Under the pieces are notes generated by a model. That model made no database searches, had not been told where the DNA came from, and saw only the letters and a program-made list of their open reading frames with translations. Source: Cetorhinus maximus (Eukaryota). From it: DNA of 64,000 bases. The translations under genes and the position numbers were made by a program. The stretch is from positions 62,434,001 through 62,498,000 of the forward strand of contig NC_135891.1 of the NCBI RefSeq assembly GCF_964194155.1, in the 5' to 3' direction. The first letter of the stretch is position 1, and the number at the start of each line of letters is the position of its first letter. Of this stretch, positions 22,010-34,600 are shown in pieces.

Positions 22010-23050
22010 TGTTGGATCAGAGTAGAGGGAGTTTTGTCCCATATCTAACCCTGTGCTGAACTGCACTTGGAGTGTTTGATGGGGACAGTACAGAGGGAGC
22101 TTTACTCTGTATCTAACCCTGTGCTGTGCCTGCCCTAGGAGCATTTAATGGGGACAGTGTAGAGGGCTTTTGACTCTGTATCTAACCTCGTGCTTTACCT
22201 GCCCTGGGAGTGTTTGATGTGGACAGTGTAGAGGGAGCTTTACTCTGTATCTAACCCCGTGCTGTACCTGCCCTGACAGCGTTTAATGGGGACAGTGTAG
22301 AGGGGTTTTTACTCTGTATCTAACCCTGTGCTGTACCGGCCCTGGGAGTGTTTGTTGGGGATAATGTAGAGGGGTTTTTACTCTGTATCTAACCCTGTGC
22401 TGTACCTGCCCTGGAAGCGTTTGATGGGGACAGTGTAGAGGGGTTTTTACTTTGTATCTAACCCTGTGCTGTACCGGCCCTGGGAGTGTTTGTTGGGGAT
22501 AGTGTAGAGGGGTTTTTACTCTGTATCTAACCCTGTGCTGTACCTGCCCTGGGAGCGTTTGATGTGGACAGTGTAGAGGGAGCTTTACTCTGTATCTAAC
22601 CCTGTGCTGTACCTGCCCTGGGAGTGTTTGATGTGGACAGTGTAGAGGGAGCTTTACTCTGTATCTAACCCTGTGCTGTACCTGCCCTGGGAATGTTTGA
22701 TGTGGACAGTGTAGAGGGAGCTTTACTCTGTATCTAACCCTGTGCTGTACCTGCCCTGGGAGTGTTTGATGGGGACAGTGTAGAGGGGTTTTTACTCTGT
22801 ATCTAACCCCGTGCTGTACCTGCCCTGGGAGTGTTTGATGGGGACAGTGTAGAGGGGTTTTTACTCTGTATCTAACCCTGTGCTGTACCTGCCCTGGGAG
22901 TGTTTGATGGGGACAGTGTAGAGGGGTTTTTACTCTGTATCTAACCCTGTGCTGTACCTGTCTTGGGAGTGTTTGATGAGGACAGTGTAGAGGGGTTTTT
23001 ACTCCGTATCTAACCCTGTGCTGTACCTATCCTGGGAGTGTTTGATATAG
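22010..23050. repeat. 68-69-bp minisatellite, about 15 copies, in CD40 intron 7
   Basis: Unit gggagtgtttgatggggacagtgtagagggagctttactctgtatctaaccctgtgctgtacctgccct; period 69 between 22620 and 22689. Confidence 0.97.
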
Positions 23051-23163
23051 ACAATGAACACCCAAAATGGAGAGTGCCACATTTCTCAGGTCCAACTTCC
23101 TTCAGTTTGACAAGCATAAAATTCACAATAACATACACAAGATGAAAGGTCTTAACCACTTAC

Positions 23164-23274
23164 CTTTATTATATCCAATGTATATGAAGGAAAACAATAT
23201 GATGATAAAAAGCACTACACTCAGGAGTGCAATCACTGTGATTAATTTTCCTTTAGATGGAACTTCTGTGGTAC
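23164..23274 (-). CDS. CD40: CD40-like exon 7 (transmembrane: GTTEVPSKGKLITVIALLSVVLFIIILFSFIYIGYNK)
   Basis: ttctttgcag acceptor, gtaagt donor, 111 nt, phase 1 to 1; about 23 hydrophobic residues. Confidence 0.93.
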
Positions 23275-23884
23275 CTGCAAAGAAGCAGAATATACAGCGT
23301 TTAACACATTTCATCCCTCCATCTCAATTTTTTATTTATCTGCAGCTTGAGAGGTCAAATTTTCCTAGCAACCTAAAATCACCTTAAAATGGTCACAGGG
23401 AGGTATGAGTGAGAGCACTGCTCTTATCGGCTTATCTCCGTTTCCTCCCTCTCACTGTGGGCAAGCAGCTTTGGGGCCAGATGTGGAAGCTCACTGTGTG
23501 GCAGGTGGAATGCAACCTGATGGAGGAAGATAATTCCGTCTCACTGAGAGGAGAAAGGGAGATAGCAGAACGTGCCAATTGGGGAAGAGATGTAATTCTA
23601 CCTCCTGGAGCAAGATGGCTGAATTCATCATGAGGAGAATGAGGGGTGAAAATTTACCTCGCTAAGCAAGACATCAGAGTTCACCAGCCTCCCCCTATTA
23701 ATCAATGATATGGTGCAGTATCGCACCAACACACAGTGCCACCAGGCTATCCAATATCAGGGGCTTAAATCCAACATCTATGCAGAAATTTAGAGTTTGA
23801 TGCCTAAGCCTTAATTATACTGTAATTAGGTCCAAATCTAATTGGAGACATGTGCACCCATTAAATCCAGCACTGAAATGACAT

Positions 23885-24490
23885 GGGGTGTGGGCATCAC
23901 TGACAAGGCCAGCACTTATTGCCCATCCCTAACTGCCCTTGAACTGAGTGGCTTGCTAGGCTAGTTCAGAGTCAACCACATTGCTGTGGGTCTGGAGTCA
24001 CATGTAGGCCAGAACGGGTAAGGATGGCAGATTTCCTTCCCTAAAGGCATTCGTGAACCAGGTGGGTTTTTACAATGATTGATGATAGCTTCATGGTCCC
24101 CATTACTGAGACTAGCTTTACAGTTCAGGTTTGTTAAATGAATTTAAATTCCACCAGCTGACATGGTGGGATTTGAACCCATGTCCCCAGAGCGTTAGCC
24201 TGGGCCTCTGGGTTACTAATAAAACCAGAAAATGCTGCAAAAACTCAGCAGGTCTGACAACATCAGTGGAGGGAGAAACAGAGTTAACGTTTCAAGTCCA
24301 TATGACTCTGAAGAAGGGTCATACGGACTCGAAACGTTAACTTGAAACGTTAACTCTGTTTCTTTCTCCACAGATGCTGTTAGGCCTGCTGAGTTTTTCC
24401 AGCACTTTCTGTTTTTATTTCCGATTTCCAGCATCCGCAGTATTTTGCTTTTACCTCTGGATTACTAGTCCAGTAGCATTGCCACTATCC
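23885..24490 (-). mobile_element. tRNA-derived SINE (family A), interrupted by a Penelope fold-back
   Basis: Head gggttcaaatcccacca on the minus strand; body matches the 4835 copy. Confidence 0.8.
24219..24453. mobile_element. Penelope-derived fold-back inserted in a tRNA-SINE
   Basis: Inverted arms; flanking cctctgg(g/a)ttacta at 24205-24218 and 24454-24467. Confidence 0.78.
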
Positions 24491-25101
24491 CCAGTGCCCC
24501 AGTTTCAGAATCTGTTGCCTTCTGTTGTTCAAAGCAAGCTATACACATCAGTCAAACCCACGGTGGCAGGGCCCACTGTGCTACTAGTTAAAGGAAAGCA
24601 AAAAAATCTCATTTGTTCCCTCAATTTTCTCTTCCACGTGATATTCTAGGGTCCCAGGTGTGCCTTTGTATTGTCAAGGATGCTGAAGAGAGGCAGATGG
24701 GTTGAAAGCATGCAGCATACCTCAGTTCACCAGGAACATTCCTCAGAAGCATTAAAAAAAACCCTGGCTGCAGGATTAGGTGTCAGGCTGAGTTAGGGTC
24801 TGCCCACCTCACTGAGGCCCCAACATTCCACGGCCAACTCTTTTCAGCATCACTGGATTGGTCATGTCACGAGCCAAGACTTTCTAATTCAGACCATTTT
24901 TTAACTTGAGAATTCGTGACACCCCTCCATTCCCCCCAGATTGAGAGAAGTTGGGTGTAAAACAAGATAAATGAAGAAGCAATGGTTAGACTGCACCAAG
25001 CATGGGTTTTAAAAGCCCCTAGATTTTTGGATGCAAAGATGATTCAGAAATAAGATTGACATTTTTGAGTTCATACAAAGAATGTTTTAGGTAATGAAAG
25101 T

Positions 25102-25237
25102 GGGAGTAATTTTAATTTTGGGAAATCATGTAAACAGGAGATGTTAGACCGGCTGTCCATTATTCATCTATCCTCATTTTAATTTTCATTGACATTCCTT
25201 GGGCAATTTCCACTGAACCAAAGTCAAAATTATTCCC
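25102..25237. mobile_element. MITE-like element related to 4247-4414
   Basis: gggagtaattttaattttggg ... ccaaagtcaaaattattccc terminal inverted repeats. Confidence 0.55.
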
Positions 25238-25313
25238 AGTGGGTCTGGATAGTTTGTAATAGTTCCCCACTTCCCAAAAAGCTAGAGGAAACAAAATCTC
25301 TTTACAGACTCAC

Positions 25314-25369
25314 CACATTTCACATCTTTTGTTGCAGTTCCATTTTCCAGCATTTGGAGTGACCTACAG
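25314..25369 (-). CDS. CD40: CD40-like exon 6 (DCRSLQMLENGTATKDVKC)
   Basis: ctttag acceptor, gtgagt donor, 56 nt, phase 2 to 1; GTxxxDVxC end of CRD4. Confidence 0.92.
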
Positions 25370-25644
25370 CTAAAGGAGAAAATTGAAAGTACAATTATTG
25401 TTTTCCTTCTCTTTTTAGTTGCCGCTACCCAGAGAGCCTTGCCTCCGTACAACTGCTCAGCTGCTATCCGTTTAGATAGTCAATAAGGCAGCTCCAGATT
25501 TGTGAAAAATTCCAGCAGGAGTGCGCTTTCACATTTGGTCAGCAGGCGGTGCTGTTCTGCAGGACAATGTCCAGACCAAGGCAGTCACTAGAACAGTTAG
25601 AGAAGTGAAAGGGAAGCTTAGCACAGTGGACTTTACCTGCCTGT

Positions 25645-25764
25645 ACCCAAACACCCCCACTGTGAGCTGCCCCTCTAATACCCAAACACCCCCACTGTGA
25701 GCTGCCCCTCTAATACCCAAACTCACCCACTGTGAGCTGCCCCTCTAATACCCAAATTCACCCA
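25645..25764. repeat. 35-bp tandem repeat, about 3.4 copies
   Basis: acccaaacacccccactgtgagctgcccctctaat repeated from 25645 at period 35. Confidence 0.92.
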
Positions 25765-26280
25765 TAGAAACGCACACTCGGGTAGTCAGATAACCCTATC
25801 AAACTTAACTGTCTCATACCCTAAATCTCCCAGTGAAACCTACCCCTCTAACGCCTCTCTTGTGAAATCTTAATCCTTGTATACCTAAAATCTCTCAATA
25901 AAATTCACCCTAAAATATCTCCTCCTCCTATTAAAACCCTTCCCTTTAGGTGCCTAACTCTCCATTAAAAACAATCCCTTGAATACCCTGGCTCTCCCAT
26001 CAAAACTGAACTGTCTTGTTTTTTTAACTGTCCCATCACAGCAGACTTTTTTGAACAATACATAATTGAGATTTTTATATTGTTGCTTTTATCACTTCCC
26101 TTGACTAGGGGTTCTAGGTGGAATCAATGCACCCTCATCTCCCAGCAAGGCTAAGGTTGCAAAGGCAGCATAACCATGTCACTGTACTACACCCTTGTGC
26201 AATAAGGCCATCCAGTAGCTGTTTTGATAATTTTATGGAGAATTATTTCTGGGATGTCCCAGCATCATATCCAGACTTAC

Positions 26281-26374
26281 TCGCTCCATTTCCTGCAGGG
26301 CTCCAATTTAGAAGACACGTTTGAAAAATATCCAGCTTCACATTTCTCACATACTGGCCTTGTGAAACTCCCAC
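26281..26374 (-). CDS. CD40: CD40-like exon 5 (GGSFTRPVCEKCEAGYFSNVSSKLEPCRKWS)
   Basis: ttattag acceptor, gtaagt donor, 94 nt, phase 1 to 2; FSNVSS matches the mammalian CD40 N-glycosylation context. Confidence 0.95.
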
Positions 26375-26514
26375 CTAATAAGCAAAAACAAAAGGCACAA
26401 CATCATTTAGAATTATATTCCACATGCCATGGGGCTGACACTTCTATTTGAAAAGCACTTAGAAATATTGCAATACAGAATTTTATCACCACTTTAGACC
26501 CCTCCGTGCCACAA

Positions 26515-27000
26515 CAATAACTTGCATTTAATATAGCACCATTAACGTAGCAAAGACTGCCCAAGGTGTAGTCTGAGAAAAATTGACGCTGAGCCTAAGA
26601 AGGAGGTACTGAGGCAGGGACATTAGGACATGTGATTAAAACTTTGGCCAAAGAGTGGCATAAAAGAGAAGAGAGACAGGAAATTTAAGGAGGAAATTCC
26701 AGAGCTTAAGCATTTAGGCAGCTGAAGACACAGCTGCCCATGGCTGGGTGAAGGGAGTAGGGAATGCACACAAGGTCAAAATTGGAGGAATGCAGCACTC
26801 CCAGAGGGTTGTGGGGCTGGAGGAAGTTTCTGAGGTAGGAAAGGGTGAGGTCACAAGAGGGATTTGAACCCAAGAGCAGGAATGTTAAATTTGAGGCATT
26901 GTTGGACTGAACCCCAATGCGAGCACAGTGGCAATGAGTGAATGGGTCTTGGTGCAAGTTGGGATACAGGCAGCAGAGTTTTGGGTGAGCTGAGGTTTAC
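26515..27000 (-). mobile_element. L2-like LINE 3' fragment
   Basis: Minus-strand tail ggtgctatattaaatgcaagttatt plus LWNSLP-type coding remnant; related pieces at about 3780-4600, 31820-31960 and 55960-56260. Confidence 0.6.
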
Positions 27001-27196
27001 AGAGCTGATAGAAAATAAACAGGTTGCTTGGGCCTAATGGCCTCTTCCCATTGTTAAGCAGTCTGGTGTTCATTTAATTCACAAAGTCATGACCCAATAC
27101 TTTGTTAACTCTCTGAGTCTAAACGAGGATCCAGTACACCTGATGCTCTTCCCTCCATGGCCCAGCAGTGCGAGGGCCACCTGTGGTGAGTTTTAC

Positions 27197-27346
27197 CTTC
27201 TTTGTAAACGACTCCATTTCCAGGTCCACAGATTTCGTTGTCTTTACAAATCTCGCAATCCTTATTTACACAGTACTTTCCTAACTGGCACTGGCAGATG
27301 GTGTCCGAGGTACTAGTGCCAGGCTTCTCTATCACAAATCCTCCAT
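27197..27346 (-). CDS. CD40: CD40-like exon 4 (NGGFVIEKPGTSTSDTICQCQLGKYCVNKDCEICKDNEICGPGNGVVYKE)
   Basis: ttcag acceptor, gtaaaa donor, 150 nt; GTSxxDTICxC and CxPGxGV motifs. Confidence 0.95.
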
Positions 27347-27957
27347 CTGAAGAGATAGGGGGAGAGAGAGAGAGAAAGAGGGACAGAGTCAAAGGAGAAA
27401 AAACTGACAGCAACAATGAGGGATGAACATGCCTATTTGATATACCAAATAATACAACTGTGAAAGCAAGTTATAACTGGTTAATTATATTATCCGATTA
27501 TTAAATGAACAGCATATTTGCAGTGTTTGGTAAAATAGTTTTCATCTGTTCACAAACTTGCTCTCACTTTCAAACAACACAACCAAATTGTTGATGCAGC
27601 TTTCCCCATGAAATGGTTGGCCAAGTACTTTTTAATGAAGGTGGTGCCAATTTGATTGTGATGCCCCCTGGTGGTCAAATGGTCTGGTGACACTCAGTGT
27701 CTGGGCTCACACCTGAAGACTGGGCATTCGGATGGGATACTGGAGCTGGGGGAGGGCATTGTTAATCCGAAACTCAATTCAGTCTTTTCAGAGACAATGG
27801 AGGGGCAAATGAGCAGTAGAATTACACCTAACCAGAATTGGTGCAGATACATTACTTAAGGTCAAAGTCTGTACCGGGGACAAGTAAATTGTCACTTCCT
27901 CCCTTTGCAGGAACTGGATTCTAACCAATGAGGCACGAGTCAGTAATTGATACTTAC

Positions 27958-28083
27958 TATTGTTACAGCTTTTGTGTAGTTGACAATGGTCCAATGTGTT
28001 CCACTCTGACTGATAATGGTCAGGGCCACAAGGTTGACATTCTGAGTCCTTTGTAGCTGTGCATTCATTGCTCATGTACATTC
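27958..28083 (-). CDS. CD40: CD40-like exon 3 (GMYMSNECTATKDSECQPCGPDHYQSEWNTLDHCQLHKSCNN)
   Basis: tttgcag acceptor, gtaagt donor, 126 nt; CxPC...WN...CxxHKxC pattern typical of CD40. Confidence 0.95.
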
Positions 28084-28751
28084 CTGCAAACAACAAACAA
28101 TTCCACGCCCTCAGCAAGAGCAATTACACTCAGCAGTATGGAGAAATCTGTCCTTAATTTTAGTCACACCATAAAAAATCTCAGATGAAAGGTCATCGAC
28201 CTGAAATGTTTCTCGCTCACAGCTGCTGACAGCTAAACCTCCTGAGAGTGTCTGGCATTTTCTGTTTTATCCCAGATTTCCAGCATCCGCAGCATTTTGC
28301 TTTTCTGTCCCCTCCTCAACCCACTATAAACAGGTGGGTGCGATGTTCTAGATCTCTGAATCCTCCACCAACCTTATTCATCCTACAGACTCCTCCACTA
28401 GCTCAGTGGGCAACTGGGCCATATAGCATTCTCCTAACCCATACAAACATGTAGAGAAGATCCCCCAGTGCAGCTTACAGTTGTTATCTGACCTCAATTC
28501 TGATCATGACAGGGGCACAAGTTTTCCTGTCTTGACAAATTTGGGTTAGAGCGGATTCTCCTCCTGAGTGCAAAACGCAAGTGAGGACAGAATTGGCCAG
28601 TCAAACCCACTGCAGGCACACAACTGAAACATGGCCATTGACGAACAGCAGTGAGGATAATGGAACCATGCAAGAGCCTGTAGAAAGGCTAAGAGAGCTG
28701 GCCATAATGGCTACTGCCAATTGTGGGGACTTTTTTTTCCTTTATCTTTTC

Positions 28752-29120
28752 ATGGGATGTGGGTGTCACTGGCAAGGTCAGTATTTATTGCCCATCACTA
28801 ATTGTCTTTGATCTGAGTGGCTTGCTAGGCCATTCCAGAGGGCAATTAAGAGTCAACCACATTGCTGTGTGTCTGGAGTCACATGTAGGCTGGGTAAGGA
28901 CAGCAGATTTCCTTCCCAAAAGGACATGCGTGAACCAAATGGGTTTTTAAAACAAAAAAATGATGGTTTCATAGTCACCATTACTGAGACTAGCTTTCAA
29001 TTCCAGATTTATTTATGGATTTAAACTCATTGTGGGACTTGGACCTATGCGGTCAGAGAATTCACCTGAGCCTCTAGAGTGCTAGACCAGTGACTTTACC
29101 ATTACACCACCATCTCCCCC
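28752..29120 (-). mobile_element. tRNA-derived SINE (family A)
   Basis: Matches the other copies. Confidence 0.78.
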
Positions 29121-29659
29121 TTGGTAGCTAATTAGAAAGTACCGCAGGAGGAAATTCTTTATATGCCAGCGTTACCCCCTCCTCAGTCCCTCTGGCTGTT
29201 AACTCCATCAGTTATTTCTCCCTCTCTCAGATCCCAGCCAGGACTAATGAGTGGAGTCTTCTGAGGCAGCCCCACTGTGTTTATCAATTGGGCCCAGCAT
29301 TAGAATGTGCCTCTCCTCACTGAGCAAACAATGTTGTTGTTGCAGGATGACTGTCGTGCTGATGAAATGAGAACTAATTTATTCACCTGTGTTTTGTATA
29401 AAACCGAAAAGAAAAGAATGCAGAAGGAAAGTATAAATAACTAAATGTAAGAGAAGAAGTGACACAGTGAATGCAACCAGCACAGCCATTCTAAATGAAC
29501 ATAGCCAGACAGGTTGTTTCAGTCAGAGGCAAGGAAGAGGGCAGCAATATAGGGTAGCAAGAGGCCAGCTAGCTCCCCATTACTATTCCCTTAAATGTGC
29601 ATCTTGAGTCTCAATACATTTGATATTCATTTTTATCTACATTTTGCAGTGAAACAAAA

Positions 29660-30115
29660 TAACATATAATGAGCACCTTTTATGACCTCGGGCCATCCTA
29701 CAGCGGCGTTCAGCCAATGAAATACTGTTGCAGTGTTTTAAATAGACTGCTGCTTTTCCCAAGTTATGTGCAGCAATGTCCCTCAAACAGTAATGAGATA
29801 ATAACCAGGTCATCTGTTTCTTTAATGATGTCGTTTGAAGGGAAAATATTGACCAAGACACTAGGGAGAACTCCCCTGCTCTTCTATGAAATAGTGTCAT
29901 GGGATCTTTTACATCCACCTGAGAGAGCAGACAAGGCCTTGGCTTTGACAGGACCTCAGTTAGAATCTCATCTGAAAGATAGCCTCTCAATGAGGGCTCC
30001 CTCAGTACTGCACTGAAGTGTCAGCCTAGATTTTGTTCTCAAGTCTCTGCAGTGGGTCTTGAACCCATAATTTTCTGACTCAAAGGTGAGAATGTTACCA
30101 GTGAACCAAGCCTGA
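29660..30115 (-). mobile_element. DeuSINE-like SINE
   Basis: Core taaaagatcccatgacactatttc on the minus strand. Confidence 0.72.
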
Positions 30116-30529
30116 CATTCATTTATCAGGTTGAGAGTTGCTGGTGCTTGAAATGAAATATGATGCATTTCAGGCATCCACATCAGGTAAGTATGGACTA
30201 AACCTCTGTCTTTACTACCCTGACCTCAGCACAGCTCCCCTTATTCATTTCCCACCTAAACCATTTGCAGCCTCTCCACATTAGGTTAGTGCCCAGTTAG
30301 GGTTACTGTTGTGTTGTGGGGTCATGGTTTCTGTTGACAGGATGGAGTGCTGCCACACTTATTTGTTGCCAAAACCCTCACAAGCCAACACATAAGGGGA
30401 TTTCATCCCTTCAACACAGGCTAGATTTGAACTTTGAAGTGAAAAATTACTGTCTAAACCGTTACCTCTTACCTCACTCTGGAATGCCCCTTCCACCATT
30501 ACACTTCCTCCCTTGCCATAAGTGAAAAC

Positions 30530-31040
30530 TGCGCCTTAGGAAGGAGACACTTGCCTTGGAGAGGGAGCAGTACAGATTCAACACAATGATACCAGGGCTA
30601 AAAGGCTTAAATTCAGAGGACAGGTTGTACAGACAAGGCTTGCATTTCCTATTCCTTCAAACACGGAAGATTAAAGGGTGAGCTAACTTAAGTGTTTAAG
30701 GCGATTCAACAATTTGATAGAGAGAAACTATTTCCTCTAGCGGGGAATCCAAAGCAAAGGGGCCATAACCTTAAAATGAGAGCTAGGCTGTTCAAGAGTG
30801 CTGTCAGGAAGCACTTCTTCATTCAAAGGTTAGTGGAAATCTGGAATTCACTCCCACAAAAAACTATCAAAGGTTGGGGATCAATTGAAAATTTCAAAAC
30901 TGAGATTGATAGGTTTTTGACAAGCAAGGTTATGAAGGGAACCGAGGCAGGTAGATGAAGTTAAGATTCAGGCTAGCTATGATATAATTGAATGGTGAAG
31001 CAGATTTGAGGGACCTGAATAAGCTATTCCTGTTACCATG
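30530..31040 (+). mobile_element. CR1 LINE 3' end
   Basis: REKLFPL...RGHNLK...HFFIQRLVEIWNSLP...FKTEIDRFL. Confidence 0.85.
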
Positions 31041-31095
31041 TGCTGATAGCTCAGATCCTTGTTTCAACCATGGTTATTGTGATGTCATTACTCAC

Positions 31096-31180
31096 CAGGT
31101 GGGCATTTTGTGCAACACTTGTTAAACTTTGAGTACCGGGAACCGTCGTTGCAGGTGCCGCTCGAAGCAAGTTGACAAAC
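31096..31180 (-). CDS. CD40: CD40-like exon 2 (CRD1: VCQLASSGTCNDGSRYSKFNKCCTKCPP)
   Basis: tctttctcag acceptor, gtgagt donor, 85 nt, phase 0 to 1; TNFR CCxxCPPG motif. Confidence 0.93.
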
Positions 31181-31311
31181 CTGAGAAAGAAGCACAGGCA
31201 CAGAAAGAAAAATCAGAATCAGCATCCACAGTCCAGTCAAATCCATCTAACCATGCATAAACTCAACATCATCCTGCATTTCAATCCTAACATTTTTTTT
31301 ATTTATTCTTT

Positions 31312-31668
31312 CCTGGGGTGTGCCACCTATGGCAATGCCAACCTTTGTTACCCATCCCTAATTGCCCTTGAGATGAGTGGCTTGCTAGGCCATTTCAGAG
31401 GGCAGTTAAGAGTCAAGTACATTGCTGTGGGGTCTGGAGTCACATGTAGGTAAGGACAGCAGATTTCCTTCCCTGAAGGGACATTAGTGAACCAGATGGG
31501 TTTTTATGACAATCAATGAGACTAGCTAGCTTTATATTCTAGATTTATTAATTGAATTTAAATTCCACCAGCTGCTATGGTGGGATTTGAACCCATTTCC
31601 TAGAGCATTAGCTTGATCTTTCTGGATTGCTAGTCCAGTGACATTACCACTACGCCAGCATCATCCCT
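31312..31668 (-). mobile_element. tRNA-derived SINE (family A)
   Basis: Matches the other copies. Confidence 0.8.
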
Positions 31669-34600
31669 CACGTTTTAGCTTAATTTAGCATATTTTAAAT
31701 TGGCAGGGAACGAAGATCTCACTTGCATCCAAGACACATATAAATTCAGCTGCTCAAATGGGTATGATTTATGGTAATGGAAATTAGACATCTTCCTAAG
31801 CTTCTCCATTTTGCTACCTCTATCTCTTCCTTTAAAATGCTCCTTGAAACCTGTCCTAATGTCTCCTGTATTGGCAAATGTTATCTGATTACACTCCTGT
31901 GAAGTGCCTTAGGATGTTTCACCTTGTTAAAGGTGCTATCTAATGCAAGTTGTTGTTGTTGACATTAATTGGAACCAAAGCTTTTACTAGAACATTCCCA
32001 ATTGCGACTTGTTCTCCTCCTGCCCTGCTGATCTGAAGTTGTACCTCTAACTATTTATTTTAATTTGCACCCCTCTCCCCAGCCAATGTTCCCTCCTTTC
32101 CTTTTCCCCTGAAAATCCTGATCCTTGAGTGCCATTCTGCTCGTGTAGCCCGAGCCAATCTTGCTCGGTATTTTGGTCAAGGCTGGCAGCACAGCTGAAA
32201 TCGTCCTTTCCCAAAGTGGGCACTGGCTCACTCTCTAGCGGGTGTAACAGGACCCCACCTGACTGATTCCCTGCCCCCACCCCCATGCCACCTAGGCCAA
32301 CACTTGAGACCAATGATAGAGCCACTGGCCAAGATCACCAAACTCAGCCCAGAACAGTGACGGACCATTTTCTAGTCAATTAAAAGATATATGGCCTGTT
32401 CCTAAACATTGACTGCGTCACCATGACACAGGGTTTGACAAGGCAATATTCGAAAAAAGAGGAATCACTTTTGTTAGAAAATCTCTGACTTCAGGAATCC
32501 AAAAAGTTTCCAAATTTCAGGTGATTGACAGGGAAACAAGTACTTCCTCATAACTGAAAAATCCCAAATACATTTCAGTCTCGACACTAAATTACAAATG
32601 CTATTTGAGTTAATTGAGACTACAGATATCAGTCAGCACAGCCTTCTGCTGTTTGCTTGGTTGCCTTCAGAAATGAGAACGGAATTTCCCACAGTTTTTA
32701 TCCTTACATTGGCCCAAGCTGTCATTTCTCTGGGGTTTTTTTGCCTCTACCAAGAGATAGCGTGAGTGGGAAAGAAGGGAGAGGTTTATGGTGCATGTCT
32801 GGATGAAATAAGGCTGATGATCAGCTGATGTGTTCTGATCCTTTTCCGTTTGTTTATCTCAGTGCTCTGACTTTGGATGCCGTGTTTTTCTCTACCTATC
32901 CCCCTGGTGTTTGTGTCACCGCAGTAATTTTAGATTAAAATTAACTGGTGTGTTAGGTTATAATTATTCCCGCTCTCTTTTACTCTATAAAATTCTCCTT
33001 TTTCTCCTGAACGCACAGACTCTTTCTGGGGTATGACCTCATGTGGTTTACTGCCCTCCTGCACTATACTTTATGATTGTGCTTTGGGTGTGAGCAGCCA
33101 TTGAGTGCAGCATCAGAGTTTGTCCAGAATCTGTCCAGTGTGCACTTTCCATCAGCTCTCACTGGATAGCAGGCAGGCACTTTGACTGATTTTCCTCTCC
33201 ATAGCCTCAGCGCGCTGAGATCACTTGTAACCCCTCTACTACTGACCAGGACCTGCGAGACCAGGTAAGGAATCTACGAAGGATCATCCATTGTTTAGGG
33301 CTCAGATCTACAATAGATACTACTGTTACCACCTGACCACTGGGGGGGGGCGCAGTTTATGATGGGTTAGAATTATGGAATCATAACAGCCAAGATATTA
33401 CAGTCCCACTTCCCTGCTCTTTCCCCAGTGTCCTACCATTTTTTTCCTGTTTGGGTATCTGTCCAGTTCACACTGGGAAGTTATTCCCTTTCAGATCGTA
33501 ACAAGTTGTTACATCAAAAATACATTTTTATTATTGACAACCAATGCCCTTCTTTTGGCCAAACACACACTACTACCTAGATATTGGCCAAAAAAGGCTT
33601 TAACCCCAGCCGGTGCTGAATTAGGTGAATTCAGTGAGGGCCACAATTGAATGAGGGAGAACAAGAAAATTATCTGCTCTGAAGAAGAGTCACAGGGACT
33701 CAAAACGTTAACTCTGTTTTTCTCTCCGCTGATGCTGCCAGACCTGCTGAGCTTTTTCCAGCATTTTCCGTTTTTATTTCAGATTTCCAGCATCCACAGT
33801 ATTTTGCTTTTATCTTAAGAGAATTGTCCATCTCCTTTTCATTTGGAGTGGGCTCCTGATGGTGACACACATTGACACGCATCATAAAAATGCTCAACCC
33901 TACTTTCTTCATACCAAATTCTGCTCCCGAGTGAGTAGATCACCTCATGATGTGGCACTTGAACTGTCAGCCTAGATTTGGTCATCCAGTTTCTGGACTG
34001 GCCTTCTGACTCTGAGGTGAGTGCTGACTCTGAGCCAAGGCTAACATGTGATGGCTGCTGGAGTCTATGAAACAGGACAGCAGCAGGCAAAGCTAAACCA
34101 GCAGGAAAAGAGGGGAGAAAGTGAGAGCAGGCAGAAACAATAGAAATATTACAAAAAATTAAAATGTAAGCAAGTTCCTAACCATTTCAAATTAGTGATA
34201 AGAGGAGATTTTCACGCAGAATTCCACTCTTCAGTTACTATACATTTTAACAGAGAAGTTTTAAAACAAAGTTTATTCTGACCTTTCACTGCTCAAATGT
34301 ATCTGTTATGATTTTTGCAATTTGTCAACATTTTTCTGAGGATTACCTCTTACTGAAAACACTGTAGTCATTGTATTCCGAAGCTGTAATCCACTGCAAA
34401 AATGTTGCTCCACTCACTACAACAACTTATTGTTTACACCAGAGAAAAACTACTCAAATGGGTTACAACTAAACAAAGGTAAATGCGTGTGTCTTGTGTC
34501 TTGTAAAAAGTGATTTTCACTGTCCAGTTCTGGAGGGGCTTTGCTATTAGGTTAAGTCCAGTTGTGCAGCTGGCAAATTATAGATTCAGTTCATATGTCA

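Noticed and set aside
18846-23050. Regular repeats resembling CRISPR arrays, and repeat-derived ORFs
   Set aside because: There are no unique spacers and no cas genes; these are eukaryotic intronic minisatellites.
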